64,000 nt of DNA from assembly GCA_051530055.1 (NCBI GenBank), contig CM121343.1:7256044-7320043 (forward strand). The letters are read 5' to 3'. The position numbers and the translations under genes were made by a program. The notes under the pieces were generated by a model, which had not been told where the DNA came from, ran no database searches, and saw nothing but the letters and a program-made list of their open reading frames with translations. Positions 47,592 to 58,959 of the stretch are shown one piece after another; the stretch's first letter is position 1, and each line of letters opens with the position of its first letter. The DNA is from Neoechinorhynchus agilis (lineage: Eukaryota; Animalia; Acanthocephala).

Positions 47592-50500
47592 TCCGTTTTG
47601 AGTAGATTTGTTTTAAAAACCATTTGAGAAACGATCGGACCCGAATGCGGGGGCTCGAATGAAAAACAAATTCCATGAGTAACCGGATTAGGGATTGTGA
47701 CTAAGAATACGAACGAGTGATGCGTTGCCTTAATAATCAGAGATAAATGTTCTATTATCGTTCAATTGTGGGTTTTTTAAGATTTTCAGAATCGTAAAGT
47801 ATGAAATACACGTCGAAGAAATAAAATATATTTCCTTTTTATTGATTTTCCCTTGTTAATGGCACTTTGGTTCATGGGTGAAAGGTCCGTTTTGAGTAGA
47901 TTCGTTTTAAAAACCATTTGAGAAACGATCGGACCCGAATGCTGGGGCTCGAATGAAAAACAAATTCCATGAGTAACCGGATTCGGGATTGCGACTAAGA
48001 ATACGAACGAGTGATGCGTTGCCTTAATAATCAGAGATAAATGTTCTATTATCGTTCAATTGTGGGTTTTTTAAGATTTTCAGAATCGTAAAGTATGAAA
48101 TACACGTCGAAGAAATAAAATATATTTCCTTTTTATTGATTTTCCCTTGTTAATGGCACTTTGGTTCATGGGTGAAAGGTCCGTTTTGAGTAGATTCGTT
48201 TTGAAAACCATTTGAGAAACGATCGGACACGAATGCTGGGGCTCGAATGAAAAACAAATTCCATGAGTAACCGGATTAGGGATTGCGACTAAGAATACGA
48301 ACGAGTGATGCGTTGCCTTAATAATCAGAGATAAATGTTCTATTATCGTTCAATTGTGGGTTTTTTAAGATTTTCAGAATCGTAAAGTATGAAATACACG
48401 TCGAAGAAATAAAATATATTTCCTTTTTATTGATTTTCCCTTGTTAATGGCACTTTGGTTCATTGGTGAAAGGTCCGTTTTGAGTAGATTCGTTTTGAAA
48501 ACCATTTGAGAAACGATCGGACACGAATGCTGGGGCTCGAATGAAAAACAAATACCAGGAGTAACCGGATTCGGGATTGCGACTAAGAATACGAACGAGG
48601 ATGCGTTGCCTTAATAATCAGAGATAAATGTTCTATTATCGTTCAATTGTGGGTTTTTTAAGATTTTCAGAATCGTAAAGTATGAAATACACGTCGAAGA
48701 AATAAAATATATTTCCTTTTTATTGATTTTCCCTTGTTAATGGCACTTTGGTTCATGGGTGAAAGGTCCGTTTTGAGTAGATTCGTTTTGAAAACCATTT
48801 GAGAAACGATCGGACACGAATGCTGGGGCTCGAATGAAAAACAAATTCCATGAGTAACCGGATTCGGGATTGTGACTAAGAATACGAACGAGTGATGCGT
48901 TGCCTTAATAATCAGAGATAAATGTTCTATTATCGTTCAATTGTGGGTTTTTTAAGATTTTCAGAATCGTAAAGTATGAAATACACGTCGAAGAAATAAA
49001 ATATATTTCCTTTTTATTGATTTTCCCTTGTTAATGGCACTTTGGTTCATGGGTGAAAGGTCCGTTTTGAGTAGATTCGTTTTAAAAACCATTTGAGAAA
49101 CGATCGGACCCGAATGCTGGGGCTCGAATGAAAAACAAATTCCATGAGTAACCGGATTAGGGATTGTGACTAAGAATACGAACGAGTGATGCGTTGCCTT
49201 AATAATCAGAGATAAATGTTCTATTATCGTTCAATTGTGGGTTTTTTAAGATTTTCAGAATCGTAAAGTATGAAATACACGTCGAAGAAATAAAATATAT
49301 TTCCTTTTTATTGATTTTCCCTTGTTAATGGCACTTTGGTTCATGGGTGAAAGGTCCGTTTTGAGTAGATTCGTTTTGAAAACCATTTGAGAAACGATCG
49401 GACACGAATGCTGGGGCTCGAATGAAAAACAAATTCCATGAGTAACCGGATTCGGGATTGTGACTAAGAATACGAACGAGTGATGCGTTGCCTTAATAAT
49501 CAGAGATAAATGTTCTATTATCGTTCAATTGTGGGTTTTTTAAGATTTTCAGAATCGTAAAGTATGAAATACACGTCGAAGAAATAAAATATATTTTTTA
49601 TTGATTTTCCCTTGTTAATGGCACTTTGGTTCATGGGTGAAAGGTCCGTTTTGAGTAGATTCGTTTTGAAACCATTTGAGAAACGATCGGACACGAATGC
49701 TGGGGCTCGAATGAAAAACAAATTCCATGAGTAACCGGATTCGGGATTGCGACTAAGAATACGAACGAGTGATGCGTTGCCTTAATAATCAGAGATAAAT
49801 GTTCTATTATCGTTCAATTGTGGGTTTTTTAAGATTTTCAGAATCGTAAAGTATGAAATACACGTCGAAGAAATAAAATATATTTCCTTTTTATTGATTT
49901 TCCCTTGTTAATGGCACTTTGGTTCATGGGTGAAAGGTCCGTTTTGAGTAGATTCGTTTTAAAAACCATTTGAGAAACGATCGGACACGAATGCTGGGGC
50001 TCGAATGAAAAACAAATTCCATGAGTAACCGGATTCGGGATTGCGACTAAGAATACGAACGAGTGATGCGTTGCCTTAATAATCAGAGATAAATGTTCTA
50101 TTATCGTTCAATTGTGGGTTTTTTAAGATTTTCAGAATCGTAAAGTATGAAATACACGTCGAAGAAATAAAATATATTTCCTTTTTATTGATTTTCCCTT
50201 GTTAATGGCACTTTGGTTCATGGGTGAAAGGTCCGTTTTGAGTAGATTCGTTTTGAAAACCATTTGAGAAACGATCGACACGAATGCTGGGGCTCGAATG
50301 AAAACAAATTCCATGAGTAACCGGATTCGGGATTGCGACTAAGAATACGAACGAGTGATGCGTTGCCTTAATAATCAGAGATAAATGTTCTATTATCGTT
50401 CAATTGTGGGTTTTTTAAGATTTTCAGAATCGTAAAGTATGAAATACACGTCGAAGAAATAAAATATATTTCCTTTTTATTGATTTTCCCTTGTTAATGG

Positions 50501-50804
50501 CACTTTGGTTCATGGGTGAAAGGTCCGTTTTGAGTAGATTCGTTTTAAAAACCATTTGAGAAACGATCGGACACGAATGCTGGGGCTCGAATGAAAAACA
50601 AATTCCATGAGTAACCGGATTCGGGATTGCGACTAAGAATACGAACGAGTGATGCGTTGCCTTAATAATCAGAGATAAATGTTCTATTATCGTTCAATTG
50701 TGGGTTTTTTAAGATTTTCAGAATCGTAAAGTATGAAATACACGTCGAAGAAATAAAATATATTTCCTTTTTATTGATTTTCCCTTGTTAATGGCACTTT
50801 GGTT
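47592..50804. repeat. 294-bp tandem array, about 11 copies
   Basis: ttttgagtagattcgtttt recurs at 47890, 48184 and onward with a 294-bp period. Copies are near-identical. Confidence 0.97.
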
Positions 50805-50912
50805 AAGTTTTCGGATGAATATGAACACGAATGCTTACATTGCAAAGTCTAAAGACATTTTATTAAGATAAATTGGGGTTCGGTGATACAATTTTCAGGT
50901 TTAAAACCTTTT

Positions 50913-51932
50913 CTAGCTTTCAGCACTGTCGAGTTTATCGTTGGAGCAAATCTCGTTAACGAAGGATTTGTTTGCTGTTTCCGAAGATAAACTCTTGCTA
51001 AATATCACGGATCTAATTTTAATATTATCATTCGTAACATTCTGGGAGCGAAAATTAGGAATTTCTTCATCAGTGATATCACTTCTTGAAATAGTTTCGT
51101 TGTATTTTCTAAGCTTTGACCGCCTATTTTGAAACCAAACCTACATTATCCAGTTAAAAGCGAATAAAAAATGAAGGCATAATACCTGAATAGTTTTCTC
51201 TGGCAATGTCAGAATGTCAGCGAGTCGTAAGCGTAAGGCCCGGTCCGGTCTTGGGCAAACTCTGAAGGTTTCAATCAATAAATTAGTTTGATTATTAGCG
51301 ATTTTCGTTCTATTAAATTTCTTTTTAGTACTGTCGTCTTTTGAGCTATCATTTATAATTGCCAATAATTCATTTTTATCTATTATTGGTTTATCAGAAG
51401 AAAGCATTTTGTGGACGGGTGTAATGGTATCTGCAACTTGTTTAAATTCACCATCTCCTTTCTTTGATCGTTCATCTAAAGATTGAACATTTGGTTGTTG
51501 TTGTTGGCAACTCATTTTACAATCCATGAAGTCTTTTTCGCAAAGAATCACTCTCTTGTAGTGTTTGGTCCAAGCGGTAATCACATAGATGGGATCGGTT
51601 GCAGTTACAGCACAATGACAGAATGTACATGTTAAACATGAGATATGAAAATACTCAAACCCATTTGATCCATTATCTCCTCTCCGAATAAGATCCTCAG
51701 GTTGTAAAAATTTCATACATATTCCACAATGTGGGCCGAAATTCTCGAAGTAGTGAGTCTTGCAATAATACTTTTTATCAGTGCCGATGTAGCAAGCGGG
51801 TCCTATTAATACGAGACACCGGGAACATCGAAAACATGTCAGATGGAAGTTTTGAAAGTCAATCGAATAGACACGTTCGTTTGAATTGATCAATTTATTG
51901 CATGATTTACAGGTGAAGACAGTCCTTTGCAT
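50913..51932 (-). CDS. Divergent LIM-homeobox transcription factor (two LIM domains plus homeodomain), two exons
   Basis: LIM1 CKSC...FHLTCFRCSRC...YCKTHY and LIM2 CGIC...FHISCLTCTFC...LCEKDF. The homeodomain reads KKFNRTKI...PRPD...LPEKTIQ|VWFQNRRSK across a GT-AG intron at 51141-51185. Stop at 50913. Confidence 0.92.
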
Positions 51933-52904
51933 TTAGTACTTTAATACCGAATCAACCCGCTCAGCCAAATTATTAAAATGCTCGAAACGGACCATAGCGA
52001 ACATTTTTAATACCATTTAAAAACATGGTTCGTTGCACGTCAACACTTATCGCTTTTGCAGCCTCGATAACCATCAAACTATATCTGAAATCTTGACTCC
52101 GGGCAAATCCTATTGAAGTTCGAAAAGTTTTTTCCTTATACAACTTCGATTTATTCTCAAATAAGCATTATGATGCCACGATTTCTCAGCGCCGATCTGG
52201 AAGCTTTTAAGTTGGCCTATGAGATCGAAATAAAACATTTTAAGGATTACAATGAAATCGAGTCACTACTTCTAAAGCGCAAAAGTGGATGCACCTAATT
52301 GCTATTTGCACCCACCAGTGCCACATATCCTTCTGGATTTGATTTTTACGTTCTTTTCAAAATTCTATACTCTTCCAGGAATCTCGAAGAGCAAAAATAA
52401 ACCTCGTTCGGAAATGATTGAATAATCAGAAGATGACACCAATTTTTATTACTGATTAACAACAGAAGCAAGCTTTTTTGGCCCAGAATGGATAAGTAAT
52501 AAAACTTAATGTCTTAGCGAAACTTTCTGCCATGATTACTGTCGACTTGAGAACATTTTTCACAATGCAAAAAATGTGAAGAATACGCTCAAAATGATGA
52601 TGAACTCACGTTTGTTTCCAAAGGGTTTTCATTGTGGCATTGATTTTTTATGAAGATAGAGTAATCGTTATTTGAGCCGTAAACAATATTCGTTTGAAAC
52701 TATGGACTGCGAATTCGGTGAGATCGGGAGAAGTTCATTCGGGTGAGATTATTTTGCAGGAAAAGTCCGTTTTGAGCTGAATTTTGGGTTTTGGTGCACA
52801 TAAATTGCAAGTCTAAAAGCTGTTTGCTAAATAAGGGGATTCTCTATTCGTCTCATAGTCGCGGTGTCTTTTAAACAAATTTTCCAAAATGAGAATTTTA
52901 TTCA

Positions 52905-55900
52905 TCATAGAAGACGGTACCTCTGACCAAGGGGAGCCATTTCAAAGTTTGAGTTGTAATCAACGGAAGTGATGCATTTAACAAGGTTGTTAATTGCAAA
53001 GACTTCGGCATCATCTCCATTGAATCGTACGTCTATTTTATTTTCGGCGTCGCAGACTGTCACTTTAGGCGTACAATTATTGAGGTTCATACTGTGCCGG
53101 TTCGTTTTGAGTCTCTTGGCACTGATACGAGCGGCGTGTTTTCTGAGGCCATACAGATTTAAACAACCGACTTCAATGGCTGCCTTGGATACGAGTGCCA
53201 ATGATCCAGTTGGTCCACATAATCCATCAGCCGACAGAGTGAGTGAAAGATTAAAAGGGCACTTTCCTATTCCACTTGTATCAGTAGAAGCGCTTACCTG
53301 TCCGCCTTTTAAAACATATTTAGGAGATACCATGAATTGCGACGGTTCCCAGATAACCAAATCGGCCAATCGAGATTTCTGGAGAGATCCAACTAGGTGA
53401 TCGCAACCCAAAGCAGTTGCTACGTTCTTTGTGAACTTTGATAAATATCTTATAACTCTGAAGTTATCGCCTCGTTTTGTAGTTTCTTCTTTCAATCTAC
53501 CTCTAATCGATTTCATCCGATGAGCGATCTGCCACAACGATCTAATATTGTCAAATGGCGCCGTTTGATACACTGATTGTCCCAAGTACGATAAAGAGTT
53601 CTCACTTTCGTATTGGCTCTATTAATGAGTAGATAATCAAGGTTGTTCGTTTCAAAACCCCTCCCCGATCTTACGCAATTCGTTCCACATGAAATCATAC
53701 TGATTGCACCGATATCGTGTAGAATATGCTCCAATGTGCATTGATGGTCGGGTACTGTGAGAGACTTACCAAAACGGCTAAACATTATTTTTGAACGAAA
53801 ATCGTCTATTTCACTCTAAAGTACTCACCATGAAGAAGTTAAAATCACAGAAGGCTGTTTGGCAATCTCTTTAAACGGTACCGTTGTAGCTTAGTACGTG
53901 TTCAGAAGTTCAAAACTATTAGCAACCAAAGAACCCTTCAATAAACGCATGGGCGTCTTAAAATCTCATGTTTCATCAATGAGAAGAATAATGTGAGTTA
54001 TAATGACGAAATCCAGGAATTCCGAACTTTTCATTACCAAGCACGAAAAGGGTCTCTACTTTTGCCGTCCTACAATAACTAGGGAACATTCAACTATTTA
54101 AAATTACTGAAAATACTTAAAATGTAACTAATGTTATCGAAGATCTTAGGGGTGAAAAAAAGTACTATTCCCGAACAAAACTTCAGCATCCAAATTGAAA
54201 ATGCTTTGTGATATCACAATCGATACTTATTGACTCATTTAAAGCTCATAAAAGTCACAAGGATGCATCCACCGATGGATATTTCCACAAATATAAACGC
54301 AAAAACGGACGTAATCGAACCTTAGACTTTATAAAACGACCACAAGAGTTCCGTGTAAGTAAACCTTTAAGATAAATTAAAAATTCACCATCCGTGCAGT
54401 GTTCGTCTATGTCTACAATCGTACCAATTATTAAATCCGCCAACATGTGTTCTAAAGCAATCGATTGGCATAATTATTGGTCGATCCTTCAGGATATCCA
54501 TTAATTCTTCGTTTGCAGTATAGGACTCATTCCATGGGTCCGTACAGCAGATCAGTGGAACATCATGATACTCTGCACACCTAAGAGCAGAATCAACTGC
54601 TGCTCTTGACGAACCGAAATGTTCATTGACGACCAAAGCCGCAGCTCCGGCAACCAGGCAATCCTCAACTTCTTTGGCTAAACCTTCAGATTTTGAAGCC
54701 CCGCTTCTTACAATACATCCGACATTGAGTGGATAATTATCGGTTGATTGAAGTACACTCTTTACTGCCCCAGGTCCAGAGAGGCAAATGTTACCACCAC
54801 CTCCCCCTCCAAGAACAAAAAGTGTCGTAATGCCACACTTGGCACACTGTTCACAAACATTTCCACCGGGTCCCACGTTTGCAATGACTACAGAACCAGC
54901 AGTAGCCAAAAGACCTTCACCGCTAATAATGTTAGTGCCTAGACCAATGATAAGTCCATCCGTGACGTGTTCCATAGTATGTGGATTACCGGCATTGCCA
55001 ATATTAACAATCAATCCTTCTCTTATGCCGATATCCGCTTTGATTACCCCGAGAACTGCGTCAATGATAACTACGTTTGTGATGACAGTATCGAGTGCTC
55101 GATCATTTCGAGCATTAGCCATTTGCCCCATACCCTCGCGTATAACTTTACCGATTCCATGAACTGCTTCATCGCCATGAACGGTCAGATCGTGTTCAAC
55201 CTCAACAAAAAGGTTAGTATCTCCTAATTTTATGAGATCACCAGTGGTCGGTCCATATTGCTGCACGTAGATGGAACGCGGCATGACGGCGCCGGGTGGC
55301 CGCTCCTGAGATTCATTAGAGAGTTTATGAGAGAATCCGCGTTTCCTCATATTCTTGATGCTTTTCTTCAAAGCTTCATCCGTAAGTGGACCATCACAAA
55401 CCCAATTGCCACCACGGACGATCCTTTCACCTCCGATGGCAACTAAACATACCTGCACGGATTCCCCTTGATCATTAGCTTCATTGAAAGCCTTTCCCTA
55501 AATGAAACTAACAACATGCAGGAAATTCAAAAGACGTTCCAGCAGGTATACTAAGTCGCATTCCATAGGCAACGGACCGATCAAATTGAAGAGCCTTATT
55601 GACTTCTATGAAATGAAAATGACTACCAACGATAATTTTAGAATCCGAAGAGTTTACAACTGTTACAGTGCGGGTTTCCAATTTATTTGGATTTAGATCG
55701 ATATCACTATTGTCGTGAATCTCAATGTTACCGGGTGGATCAGTCTTTTCGTCTCCGACACTTCCAAATAAATCCAAATCCGGCTCAGGTAAAAAGCTCC
55801 CCATTAGCGCCATCGCCAAGTCTCCATTGAGCGAACAAATTGGATTGGTGATCACTATCTAAATATGCCGGAAAACAAAAAAGGTGATCGATAAAAGCAA

Positions 55901-56231
55901 CAACTAACCGGACGCGTTCCACATTGAAAATCGGCAACAAAACTCAATTCTCGGATCATACTAGGAACTCCGGTCATAACTTGCCGGTATCCTAGAAGCC
56001 GACGTACACTGTCTGCCAACATGGCATCGTCTTCGATTCCTTCACGAATGTACTCCAAGCACTATTTTTTAAGGATGAATCAATGAAATTCTAAGATTTA
56101 CCCACCTGACTGGTCAAAAGAGCCACTGCCTCTTTATAATTCAATCTAACACCTCGAGCCAATCGACGTTGAGCCAAAAAACCCGCATTGTGTAATGTCA
56201 GATTTCCCATCTCATTTTGACTAAGGAACAT
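52905..56231 (-). CDS. Single-chain (gamma-beta-alpha) urease homologue with degenerate catalytic residues, intron-containing
   Basis: [38 protein letters not shown] (gamma), [34 protein letters not shown] (beta), [32 protein letters not shown]...[44 protein letters not shown] (alpha), ending PLGQRYRLL*. Introns 56062-56105 and 55859-55908 are canonical. The junction between about 54400 and 53900 is not fully resolved. Confidence 0.92.
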
Positions 56232-56533
56232 CGCCAAAACCAAACCATCGATTCAGTCGTGAGTTTCCGAACTTAATGCATTCTTTCGAAGAAGAGGGTG
56301 AAGGCTGCCCGGATAACAACGATGGTCCAAACTATAATCGAAATATTTGTTAATACATCCAAAAATAAACAACAATGCTTCAGAAGAACACAAAAACAAT
56401 TGCTTTTTTTGACAAAAAAACATTAAAGAATTCAGTTTGAAAAATAAGCTTTTATATTTGCCCCGTGTCGTTTAATTAATCTAATCCTCTGTTTACAAAT
56501 GTATTCAATCAATCTTCATTTCTCGACAATTAA

Positions 56534-56726
56534 CACACTCACCACCGTCCGCCGAATTCCAGCTTCTCTCCTCCGTCGACCGTCGCCATCACGCTGGCAG
56601 CATTGCCCCGTTATACTGCGAGGGAGATATTTTGTCGAAGGACTGCTCTTGAGTCTCCGGTTCTCAATTTCTTCGAGAGATCCCGGAGCAGAGTGCCGAG
56701 CGCTCCATACGTCTCTACCCCAAAGG
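56534..56726 (-). mobile_element. 193-bp CRE-derived 3'-end element (copy 2)
   Basis: Reverse complement of 7267-7459 with 2 mismatches and the same two boundaries. Confidence 0.85.
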
Positions 56727-56891
56727 AGGCTCAAACAATGAGAGAAGTTTTTTAACAAAATAATTGATAATTTTTGGCCTTTTTATCAGTCTATTGATTA
56801 TTAATAGGAAAAAAGGGTTAAAATGATGACCCGCCCTATGGATGCAAGCCAAATAATTTATATCACAGAAAACAGGATCAATCAGAAGTGA

Positions 56892-58328
56892 TTATCGTAA
56901 TTGCTCATCTGATCGTTCTTCGAGGACAGTCAAAGTACAGTCTGACTCGGACGTATTCGTTTCCCCACCAGTTGTCTCCGACGGAGCTTCGATGGAAGTT
57001 TTATGGATGACTGGACATTGGATCGAGTTTTCAAGCTCACTATCAGCCGTATATCTAAGCTTTGATCTTCTTAGATACTCCATCATGAGCAAATCAACAT
57101 CCTCGTCGTTCATTGTCCTTTTGGAGTTCAATTTTTCACTTTGGTCTGCTTTCTCGGACGTATTATTACCGACGTCATTTTTGGATTCCTCCGGTTCTTC
57201 TAAATCGACAGATTGGTTATTATCGATGATTGCTTTGTCAGCAACGTTCAAATGGTCATCGGTGTAACAAGTGTCCATATCGCCTGAACCCAAAAAGAAG
57301 ACCATATCTTTGAAGACCCAATTCCCATACTGATCGGTTGGACATTGTTCCAAACCAAGAATAATCCGATGTCCACCAGCAATCAATAAACTATTGACCC
57401 AATGACCCGTTGTGGTGATCATATCAGCATGAACATCACTTAAGAATTCAGGTTTGACTTCAACTTCCTTAAATCCATCATTGCTCCTTGATGAACCGGA
57501 TAAGAATATCCCACTAGCAATCAATTGGAAAACACGTCGAAATGCCTTGGCTAAAGTAAGAGGGAATTTATTCCTTTTCTGACTTGTAGAAGCACAGTAA
57601 AGCGCTAATTTGTCGGTTAGCCAACTACTAAGGTATTTCAGTCCTTCAAACCTCCTGAATATATCCTTCAAAACACAAATGAGCATCCGGCTGTATTGAT
57701 TGATCAGAGAATCAGAATGTTCACAACAGGAGGCTCTTGTGATTATAAGACTTTCCATTTGGGATATAAAGCGATCATCTTTCCCAATTCCCAAGACATA
57801 ACAGATAGCTTGGTAAAGACCATCACGGTAATCAAGGCGAACGTAGCAACCACCGGACGAATCCACCCTCAATTCGTCACCGAATGAATCCGCCGCTACC
57901 AAGCCTCTGATAGATTGTGAAACTTCATCGACCAAATCACATTCACGTTCTCGATCATCAACCACTAAAACAAAATCAATCACACTATCTCCTTTGATCA
58001 TTGTTTCAAGTCGATTAGAACCAATAAGGAAGTGATCAAGTAAACAAATTGAATCTTCCTTTGACAACGATACCATTTGATCGAATATTCGTTTGAGACG
58101 ACGAGCAAACTTCGCCAGCTTAGAACGCTCTTTCTCAGTCGCTCTTATGAGTTTATACCGCTCGGTAATTGCATCAGTCAATTCCCGATCCATTGTTAAC
58201 ATCGAACTGGGCTGCGAGAATGATCCATCCGCTACCAGGTCAAACGTCAACCATGTTGATGGAACCACGCTAAACTGGATTTCCTCTTGAAGACTGGCTA
58301 CTTCTCGACCAGGACAACCCGTCCACAT
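56892..58328 (-). CDS. ILF2: ILF2/NF45-like DZF-domain protein with an acidic C-terminal extension
   Basis: TFDLVADGSF...LTDAITERYKLIRATEKE...LIGSNRLETMIKGDSVIDFVLV...LICVLKDIFRRFEGLKYLSSWLTDKLALY...AFRRVFQLIASGIFLSGS parallels the NF45 motifs (PFDF, VGSYKKGTM..G..VADLVV, LKDLR.RF.G...L.PW..DLL..Y, R..Q.LA.G.FLPGS). Confidence 0.72.
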   Translation of the reverse strand: MWTGCPGREVASLQEEIQFSVVPSTWLTFDLVADGSFSQPSSMLTMDRELTDAITERYKLIRATEKERSKLAKFARRLKRIFDQMVSLSKEDSICLLDHFLIGSNRLETMIKGDSVIDFVLVVDDRERECDLVDEVSQSIRGLVAADSFGDELRVDSSGGCYVRLDYRDGLYQAICYVLGIGKDDRFISQMESLIITRASCCEHSDSLINQYSRMLICVLKDIFRRFEGLKYLSSWLTDKLALYCASTSQKRNKFPLTLAKAFRRVFQLIASGIFLSGSSRSNDGFKEVEVKPEFLSDVHADMITTTGHWVNSLLIAGGHRIILGLEQCPTDQYGNWVFKDMVFFLGSGDMDTCYTDDHLNVADKAIIDNNQSVDLEEPEESKNDVGNNTSEKADQSEKLNSKRTMNDEDVDLLMMEYLRRSKLRYTADSELENSIQCPVIHKTSIEAPSETTGGETNTSESDCTLTVLEERSDEQLR

Positions 58329-58959
58329 CTATAAAATCACAAATGACACCATAAGATATTTGAGAGGCAAGCGTACTATTTCCTTCAGACTTTCTTCCCG
58401 GTAGATATCGAAAAAAAAGCGCCATGACGAAAGCAAGATCATTTTGGACTAAAAATACACGTTTCCAATTTTATCCATTCGATTAAAATATCACTTTGGA
58501 CGCACACAAAACAAGTAGTCCTTGCAGAAATCAAGAACGAGTGGTCATTCAGAAATTAAACAGCCACGAAAGAATGCCATTTATACGTCACCGGTCATTC
58601 AACTCTTATACTCGCTTTTCGTCGTGCACAGTATTCTCCATTTTAGAGAAAATAATTTTTTAGTACTCAGGAAACTAACGGACCACAAAAACTTCCTACA
58701 AAATTCGGTCAGACGGCAATTCAACGTGGTGGAGGGCCGTCAAAGATTCTCTTGGTCTACCCAATTCTGATCCATTCCCAAACTTGTCACCACCCCAATT
58801 CAAAACCTCTGCACTGACTCAAATTACAGCCATTACCCCATCTCAGACTTCCTCCAATCAACAAATTATCCCGAAATTCTTATCCCAAACTGGCCCCTTT
58901 GATGAATTATCCCCGAACTCATCGACCTTCTTAATCTCATTGTAAATCACAGCTTTATA

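Noticed and set aside
52905-56231. Urease gene as bacterial contamination or recent horizontal transfer
   Set aside because: It has a fused eukaryotic architecture and several short spliceosomal introns like its neighbours, and is embedded among animal genes.
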